DNA of 31,779 nt from a virus. Lineage: Duplodnaviria > Caudoviricetes. Positions 25,342-31,779 of the stretch are shown one piece after another. The notes under the pieces were generated by a model. That model was not told the DNA's origin. It was given only the letters and a program-made list of their open reading frames with translations, and did not search any database. Where the stretch lies: positions 1 through 31,779 of IMG/VR virus record IMGVR_UViG_3300017766_001040. One strand, 5' to 3'. The translations under genes and the position numbers were made by a program. Position 1 is the stretch's first letter; each line of letters starts with the position of its first letter.

Positions 25342-28300
25342 ATGGCGGAAATAAAAAATAGTTTTTTGAAGTCCAAGATGAATCAAGACTTGGATGACAG
25401 ACTTATACCTAATGGTGAATATAGATACGCTAATAATATTTCGGTAGGGAAATCAGAAGCAGATGATATTGGCGCATTACAAAATATACTTGGTAATGAA
25501 TTGTTGCCATTAACTACCGCGCCAATTGAAGAGGCGGGGATGATATGTATTGGGGCTTTTATGGATAACCAAAATAACCGTATATTCCAATTTTTAACAG
25601 ACTATACCGACCCAAGTCCAACAAATATCACATTGCCTACTTCTGGCAATATGAAAATAACAATGTACAACTTTGATTCTCCAACTAATTATGTAACCTT
25701 GGTTGAAGGGCTATTTTTAAATTTTGCTAAAAATAATGAATTTAGAATAACAGGTGTAAATTTAGTTGAGGGATTATTATTTTGGACTGATAATAGAAAT
25801 CAACCTAGAAAAATAAATGTATCAAGTGCTTTAAATCCTAATTATTATACAAATGAAGAGCAAATATCAGTTGCAAAATATGCACCTGTAAATCCTATAT
25901 CATTATATAAAAAAGAATCCGCAACTGTAGTTTCTGGTTCTGGAACCACTTATATTTTATCTAATATAGATAGTTTAGCCTGCACTATAGGAACAGTGTC
26001 TGGTACACCTCCTAATCCATATACAGCAACAATAACTACAGCGGTAGTTGATGGATTTGCTGGATTTTCCGTTGGCGATGTTATCGCTGGCAATAATGGA
26101 TCCGGCTCTTTTGGGCTTGGTCAATTGGTTATTACTTCTTTAATTAACTCTACGAGTGTAAAAGTATCATCAACCGCTATATTTTCTGCTGGTACAGTAT
26201 CAATTACATTAAAATATCCTAGTTTAGGAGGACTGCAGTCAGGAGCTACCGTATTATCAGTTTCACCAACTGGCGTACAAGGATTAACAGGATCTGATTA
26301 TGCAGTTGTAGTAAGCATGAGTAATACAACTCTAACACTATACGAACCAACAGTTATTATAAATAATAATGATATATTAACATTTTTAATATCTACTATG
26401 TCTGACAGGTCCTCTGTGCCTGATTGGCCTGGAGATCCTGTTTTTTTAGAAGATAGATATGTTCGTTTTAGTTATCGTTTTAAATACGATGACAATGAAT
26501 ATTCTTTAATGGCCCCATTTACTCAAATAGTATACATTCCAAAGCAAAAAGGTTATTTTATTGCAGGCAATGAGGTTGATGCTTATAGAAGTACAGTTAT
26601 AAATTGGTTTGAAAACAATATAAATAATATTGAATTAATTGTGCCATTACCTGATAAGATAGGTAATTTAACTAATAGTTATAAAATAAAAGAAATTGAT
26701 ATTTTATATAAAGAATCAGATTCATTAGCTATTAAAGTTTTTGAAACATTACCTGTTTCTGCTATAAACACAGCGGCCAATACTAATAATAATTATTACA
26801 TACAGCCTTATCAGTCCCAAAAGCCATATAAAACATTAACAGAAGACCAAACAACAAGGGTATACGATAAGGTTCCAGTTAGAGCAAAAGCTCAGGAATC
26901 TTCAGGTAATAGAATAATTTATGGCAATTACTACGATAAATACACATGTCCTTCTTCTATAAATTATAATATATCCGTTCAGCCAAAATTATTGAACGGA
27001 ACTAACTTTATAGAGTATCCAAATCATACATTAAAGAAAAATAGAAATTATCAAGTTGGGTTTATACTTGCAGATAAATTTGGTAGACAATCACCAGTTA
27101 TATTATCAACTGTAGATTTATTAGGGACTAGTTTAGGTGGAGGTCAATTTGCAAAAGGATCAACAGTTTATTCAAGTTATGAAAATTCAGTTTTATTTGA
27201 TGATGTTCGTACTTGGTTTGGTGATACTTTAATATTATATTTAAATACAATAATAGACCAACAAAAAGATATTCCTGCAGGTAAGTCTGGATTATATGCA
27301 ATACCTACATCAAATTCAGGATTTGCAATTACCGCATCTACTATAACAGATACAGTATATACATATACATTAGATATTACAGCAGCTACAAATACACCTC
27401 CAGTTGAAGGAGATATATTAAGAGGTTATTATACGGATTATGTTTCTGTGCTTTCTGATCCTGTTCCTACAGTTAATCCAGATGAGTATTCAATAACTAC
27501 ATCAGGTAGAGTTAATGATATATATAATTATAATGATCCAGGTGGTGGAATTTTAGATATTAAATTTTCATATATTTATAACCCTATTGGATGGTACTCA
27601 TATAAAGTAGTTGTTAAACAACAGGAACAAGATTATTATAATGTGTATTTACCTGGTATGCTAGATGGTTATCCTAAAGGGCAAACATCTGGTTCTCAAG
27701 TTGTATATTCAGGAACAGGAGCAACGGCTACATCAACTTTACAAAATGGTATAAATCCTACGCAATTTCCGGTTAGCGAAACAGGTAATACATCTCATAT
27801 TGTATTAATAAATGACAATATAAATAAAGTACCAAGGGACCTAGCGGAGGTTGGTCCTGACCAAAAACAATACAGAAGTAGCGTTCAGTTATACGGAAGA
27901 GTTGAAAACACTGAGGACAGTGTTACAATAACCGGCGATACACCTGCTTATTCTTCTAAAACATCAACAATAACATATACTATTGGGCCTCCAGGTTCTG
28001 GGCTAAATGAAGATTGGGCATTAATAAAAGCTGGAGACGGAATACAATGTACTCAAGCTTCCGCCCCTGTACCAGATACTACCCCCCCTGTTGTACCACT
28101 TTCAGGAGCTACAATGCCAAACCCCTATAAATGGTTAGGGGATACCGTTGTGGTATCTAATACAGTAGTAGGTACAACTGGTACAATATTAATATCTTCT
28201 GCAAATTGGGTTTTAAGAGCGGCTCAGGATCCTAACGGGCAAGATTATGTTACTTTTATAATAAGCCGGGCAGAGAATAGACAATATTTTCCAACTAGAA

Positions 28301-30741
28301 AAGCAGATACAGTAACATCGATTGCGACCGCAACTGAATTTAATTTTTTATCTAGTTCCGCTGACAATTTAGCGGGCACTGCCGGATTAAATTTTTATCA
28401 ACTACAAACTAATCCTTTAATAGGAAGAGTTTCTACAGTTAAAAAAATTGGTGTTTCTGCAAATGATATGGTTCCATTTTTAAGTGTATATGAGACAAGA
28501 CCTGATCAAAGTATATTAGAGTTATTTTGGGAAACAGCAACAACTGGTTTAATTTCTGATTTAAATGCTGATGTATTAACTGGATTTGATGGTCCATCAA
28601 GTTTTGGCAGCGTTAATTATGAGCATTTTGAATTCCAAGATCCTAATGGGTTTGGGTCTGTACAAGGTGAAGAAAATTCAAAATACGTAACGGATAATTT
28701 TGTTGTATTAAATCAGCAAGGAATTATTTTACCAAATACAACGGTAACATTGTTATCAGCAGATGATAATGCTGGAGCAAGTAGATTAGGCGATTTTGGA
28801 TTAGAAGCTATTACAGTAGGGTTAAATGCGACATATAGATTATTTATTAAAAAACCATCTGAGGGAGCTGGAAATTTTGTGTTTAATAACAATGCTCTTG
28901 CTAAAGAATCCTATGTATTTACATTCCTGGTTACTGATAATGATAATCCAACAACTTCAACAAATTTATCAATTAGTGGTAGATTAGGTAATAATCAACC
29001 AAATATAACAACGTCAGTTGTTGATTATAATATATTACAAAGCACAACAACTTTTGCAACATTAGAAGCTGTAAATGGATCTTATTCAAATGCAATAACA
29101 GGGTTAAAATGGAGTATAACCAGTGGAAACGAAGATGGATATTTTAGTTTAGATCAGGAGTATGGAACGTTAAGTTTAATAAATAATGAAATACCATTGG
29201 CTGGATATGAATTAGTAATAAAGGTACAAGATGCCGTTAATACAGATGACTGGCAGCCATTAGAGCCTGCAGATGTAGGAGATGATTATGGAACGCAATT
29301 TGATACAATTACATTAAATATAAATGTAGGTGATAACCCTGTCCCTATTTGGTTAAGACCGGAATACACAAGTACGCAAGTTATAAATGGTGGTAATGAT
29401 TGTGAAGGAGCTGATCCGGGTTACGCAATGGTTTATATAGGCCCTAAAGAAGATTTTGGAGTTGATTATTCTTATCTACCTGAAATACCTGATTCAGATA
29501 GGCAATATCAATTTGCAGAAAATATAGAAATTGTTAATGCTACAGGTTTTGGAGAAACAATTTGGCCAACTGGATTAACTGAAGGCGAATATAGAGTAAA
29601 AATAAAGCTAACTGTTCCGGCTCCGGGTTTATGTGACCCTTTGTTAGGATTTGCTAATTTTGAAAGTTATTTTGATATATATTTATATAGAAGACAATGG
29701 ACCGAATCTGGCTCATTAACTTGGGAGTTAGTAAAAACTACAAATAATAAACAAACGCCATATAAATTACCAAAATTAATTGTTACTACCGACGATCCGC
29801 CATTAGTGTTTGGCCGTGAAAAAGCAATAACAACTTCGTTTACTATTGAAGCAGATAAAGATATTTTTTATGAGTGGGCAGTAGGAGTTGAAATGGTAAA
29901 TAGTCCAGATAATGCCGCTGCTGCTACTATTAACCCTTTTGTAGAATTTTATGGTCAAGATGCTAATTATTCTTATGGAGCAACTCCAACACCTCCGTTT
30001 TCAAATTTAGTAGTAACACCTTATACTTATTATACAGGGCTTGAGGATAATATAGGGTACCCATCCGCGGTAGCATATACAGACCAAGATGCAACTAGAG
30101 GTCTTGTATATGATTCCCCTGTAAATGAAATAGCATCTGGCAGTATAAATAATGGGTTTGCAACAGTTACTTTTACTTTAACTACTGTTAATAGCCAAAT
30201 TGTACCGGGTCTTGCATGTGGTTTATCTACTCCTGGGATAGGATATAATGGCGTAGTTGTTGGAGTTAATCAGACTACAAATGCAATAACAATACAATTA
30301 CCAGGTATATATTTAGGCCCTCCTATTTCTTTAATTGGTCAAAATGCTAGTTTTGAAATGTTTTATCAACCAACTGTTGGTGTATTATATGCCAATACAG
30401 AAGAAGGTACTGAAGTAAAAAGATTTTATACAGACGATGAGTTCACTAATAAATGGACACCTCCTATTGCGAATAGATTTTATGTATTCCAAACAAGTAA
30501 AGATTATAATCCCGGAGATGTTGAATTTATTGGTGGTACTTCAGCTGGTCAACTTAAATACACTAAATTCCCTTATTATTGTGCTCAATTTAACGAAGAA
30601 GGTGAAGTAATAGAACAAACAACAGGACTTTTTGATTCTCAAACAGCTTGGAACGGAATGAATGAAGTTAATACTGGATTACTTGGTGAAGATAATTATG
30701 CATACAATATACTTTATTATGAAGAACCATTTCCACCATAG
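25342..30741 (+). CDS. tail stabilisation/muzzle protein, N-terminal part, with inserted and cadherin/Ig-like accessory domains
   Basis: KMNQDLDDRLIPNGEYRYANN, LLFWTDNRNQPRKIN, FSYRFKYDDNEYS, GNRIIYGNY and YQVGFILADKFGR (P22 gp10/crAss stabiliser-like). Confidence 0.8.
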   Translation: MAEIKNSFLKSKMNQDLDDRLIPNGEYRYANNISVGKSEADDIGALQNILGNELLPLTTAPIEEAGMICIGAFMDNQNNRIFQFLTDYTDPSPTNITLPTSGNMKITMYNFDSPTNYVTLVEGLFLNFAKNNEFRITGVNLVEGLLFWTDNRNQPRKINVSSALNPNYYTNEEQISVAKYAPVNPISLYKKESATVVSGSGTTYILSNIDSLACTIGTVSGTPPNPYTATITTAVVDGFAGFSVGDVIAGNNGSGSFGLGQLVITSLINSTSVKVSSTAIFSAGTVSITLKYPSLGGLQSGATVLSVSPTGVQGLTGSDYAVVVSMSNTTLTLYEPTVIINNNDILTFLISTMSDRSSVPDWPGDPVFLEDRYVRFSYRFKYDDNEYSLMAPFTQIVYIPKQKGYFIAGNEVDAYRSTVINWFENNINNIELIVPLPDKIGNLTNSYKIKEIDILYKESDSLAIKVFETLPVSAINTAANTNNNYYIQPYQSQKPYKTLTEDQTTRVYDKVPVRAKAQESSGNRIIYGNYYDKYTCPSSINYNISVQPKLLNGTNFIEYPNHTLKKNRNYQVGFILADKFGRQSPVILSTVDLLGTSLGGGQFAKGSTVYSSYENSVLFDDVRTWFGDTLILYLNTIIDQQKDIPAGKSGLYAIPTSNSGFAITASTITDTVYTYTLDITAATNTPPVEGDILRGYYTDYVSVLSDPVPTVNPDEYSITTSGRVNDIYNYNDPGGGILDIKFSYIYNPIGWYSYKVVVKQQEQDYYNVYLPGMLDGYPKGQTSGSQVVYSGTGATATSTLQNGINPTQFPVSETGNTSHIVLINDNINKVPRDLAEVGPDQKQYRSSVQLYGRVENTEDSVTITGDTPAYSSKTSTITYTIGPPGSGLNEDWALIKAGDGIQCTQASAPVPDTTPPVVPLSGATMPNPYKWLGDTVVVSNTVVGTTGTILISSANWVLRAAQDPNGQDYVTFIISRAENRQYFPTRKADTVTSIATATEFNFLSSSADNLAGTAGLNFYQLQTNPLIGRVSTVKKIGVSANDMVPFLSVYETRPDQSILELFWETATTGLISDLNADVLTGFDGPSSFGSVNYEHFEFQDPNGFGSVQGEENSKYVTDNFVVLNQQGIILPNTTVTLLSADDNAGASRLGDFGLEAITVGLNATYRLFIKKPSEGAGNFVFNNNALAKESYVFTFLVTDNDNPTTSTNLSISGRLGNNQPNITTSVVDYNILQSTTTFATLEAVNGSYSNAITGLKWSITSGNEDGYFSLDQEYGTLSLINNEIPLAGYELVIKVQDAVNTDDWQPLEPADVGDDYGTQFDTITLNINVGDNPVPIWLRPEYTSTQVINGGNDCEGADPGYAMVYIGPKEDFGVDYSYLPEIPDSDRQYQFAENIEIVNATGFGETIWPTGLTEGEYRVKIKLTVPAPGLCDPLLGFANFESYFDIYLYRRQWTESGSLTWELVKTTNNKQTPYKLPKLIVTTDDPPLVFGREKAITTSFTIEADKDIFYEWAVGVEMVNSPDNAAAATINPFVEFYGQDANYSYGATPTPPFSNLVVTPYTYYTGLEDNIGYPSAVAYTDQDATRGLVYDSPVNEIASGSINNGFATVTFTLTTVNSQIVPGLACGLSTPGIGYNGVVVGVNQTTNAITIQLPGIYLGPPISLIGQNASFEMFYQPTVGVLYANTEEGTEVKRFYTDDEFTNKWTPPIANRFYVFQTSKDYNPGDVEFIGGTSAGQLKYTKFPYYCAQFNEEGEVIEQTTGLFDSQTAWNGMNEVNTGLLGEDNYAYNILYYEEPFPP

Positions 30742-30779
30742 TATGTCTGCTTAAAATAAACTAAAAACCATAAAAAAAA

Positions 30780-30791
30780 CGTGATTATAAA
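30780..30791 (+). promoter_or_regulatory. putative late promoter motif (CGTGATTATAAA)
   Basis: Intergenic recurrence of the SGTRAT motif. Confidence 0.4.
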
Positions 30792-30793
30792 AT

Positions 30794-31779
30794 ATGGCTG
30801 CAATATTAGAATTAAAATTTTTTAACTCTTTCTGGTTAAAAAAACTAGATACAATAGTAGAAGTAGAAAATACAACAGCAACACTTGATGCGGCTGTTGT
30901 AGCTTCCCCTACTATAATAATAACCGAAGCTAATGGTGAAATTGGTGTTGGACAAAATGTAAGTTGGACAGGAGTTAATGTACCTAATCCTTATGTATAT
31001 AAAAAAATAAGTGATACCGAATTTGTTTTAAGTGAAGCCGTAAGTATTGATGATGCTACCGTTTTAACATTTGGACCCATAGTAAATTTTGATTTTATCC
31101 CAAATGCTTATCTCCCTACCGAAGAATCAAGCGATTGGTTTGTAGAAGAAGCAAGAATCAGAGGTGGTTATAATAATACAAATGTTGATTTAGGTGTTAA
31201 AGCTTATATTGTGGAGGATAATATTAATCAGCAGCATAGACAAAGTTCTTTAATATACTCAGGTGTGTTTAATTCCAGAACAGGTATAAACAATACAAAT
31301 CAATTTTCAGTTGGTGAAGATATAACAAGAAGTTTAGATCCTTACAATGGCTCTATACAAAAATTATATTCAGAGAACACAAACTTAACTATTTTCCAAG
31401 AGTTTAAAGTAAGTAGAGCCTTAATTGACAAAGACGCTGTTTATTCAGCCGAAGGAGAGCCTTTAACTACTTCTGGAACGCAAGTAATTGGCCAGGTTCA
31501 AGCTTATGCTGGAAACTATGGTATTGCTACTAATCCAGAAAGTTTTGCTGTTTATGGATATCGAAAATACTTTACAGATAGAAATCAAGGTGTAGTATTA
31601 AGATTATCTCAAGATGGTATAACTGAGATTTCAGAATACGGTATGAGTAATTTCTTTAGAGATAAACTTTCTGAAGTAGGTGATGGCAATTTAGTATTAG
31701 GTATGTGGGATATGCATAATAAAGAATATGTACTTTCCCTACAAAATTCTAACGGTACATATAATACATTGGCATTTGA
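30794..31779 (+). CDS. tail stabilisation/muzzle protein, C-terminal part (truncated by window end; absent from ORF track)
   Basis: Starts MAAILELKFFNSFWLKK; contains YSGVFNSRTGINNTNQF, GSIQKL, YGIATNPESFAVYG and YFTDRNQGVVLRLSQDGITEISEYGM. Confidence 0.85.
   Translation, partial: MAAILELKFFNSFWLKKLDTIVEVENTTATLDAAVVASPTIIITEANGEIGVGQNVSWTGVNVPNPYVYKKISDTEFVLSEAVSIDDATVLTFGPIVNFDFIPNAYLPTEESSDWFVEEARIRGGYNNTNVDLGVKAYIVEDNINQQHRQSSLIYSGVFNSRTGINNTNQFSVGEDITRSLDPYNGSIQKLYSENTNLTIFQEFKVSRALIDKDAVYSAEGEPLTTSGTQVIGQVQAYAGNYGIATNPESFAVYGYRKYFTDRNQGVVLRLSQDGITEISEYGMSNFFRDKLSEVGDGNLVLGMWDMHNKEYVLSLQNSNGTYNTLAF

Noticed and set aside
30739-30794. TAG readthrough or stop-codon reassignment (as in some crAss-like phages) joining the two muzzle ORFs
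   Set aside because: An in-frame TAA follows five sense codons after the TAG and the next ORF is in a different frame; long genes are intact under code 11

Overview
The window is the late (structural) half of an AT-rich tailed dsDNA phage genome. The host is very probably a Bacteroidota/Flavobacteriia bacterium, judging by A-rich starts without Shine-Dalgarno sequences, a Bacteroidota-type signal peptide, and crAss-like/Cellulophaga-podovirus-like TerL, portal, capsid and tail genes. Positions 1-190 carry two copies of a leftward promoter-like motif and a micro-ORF. Positions 190-720 are a non-coding divergence zone with microsatellites, a 34-bp tandem repeat and an inverted repeat. From 747 to the end all credible genes are on the + strand, in this order: small basic proteins, tail fibres (one with an S74 chaperone), a lysis cassette (holin-like genes, DUF5675-like lysin, u-spanin), phage GroEL and GroES, small virion/accessory genes, a tandem GroES-like gene, TerS, TerL, portal, scaffold, major capsid protein, ring/adaptor proteins and a two-gene tail-stabilisation/muzzle protein. 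The best novel candidate is a set of unrelated small proteins sharing an N-terminal M-[APS]-[FY]-[KT]-[LMQ] leader and an [ST]-P-L-[KHL] motif at domain boundaries, encoded with a small HExxH metalloprotease that carries the same leader. This may be a capsid-cargo targeting and processing system. All family calls are by motif recognition only; no database searches were run.
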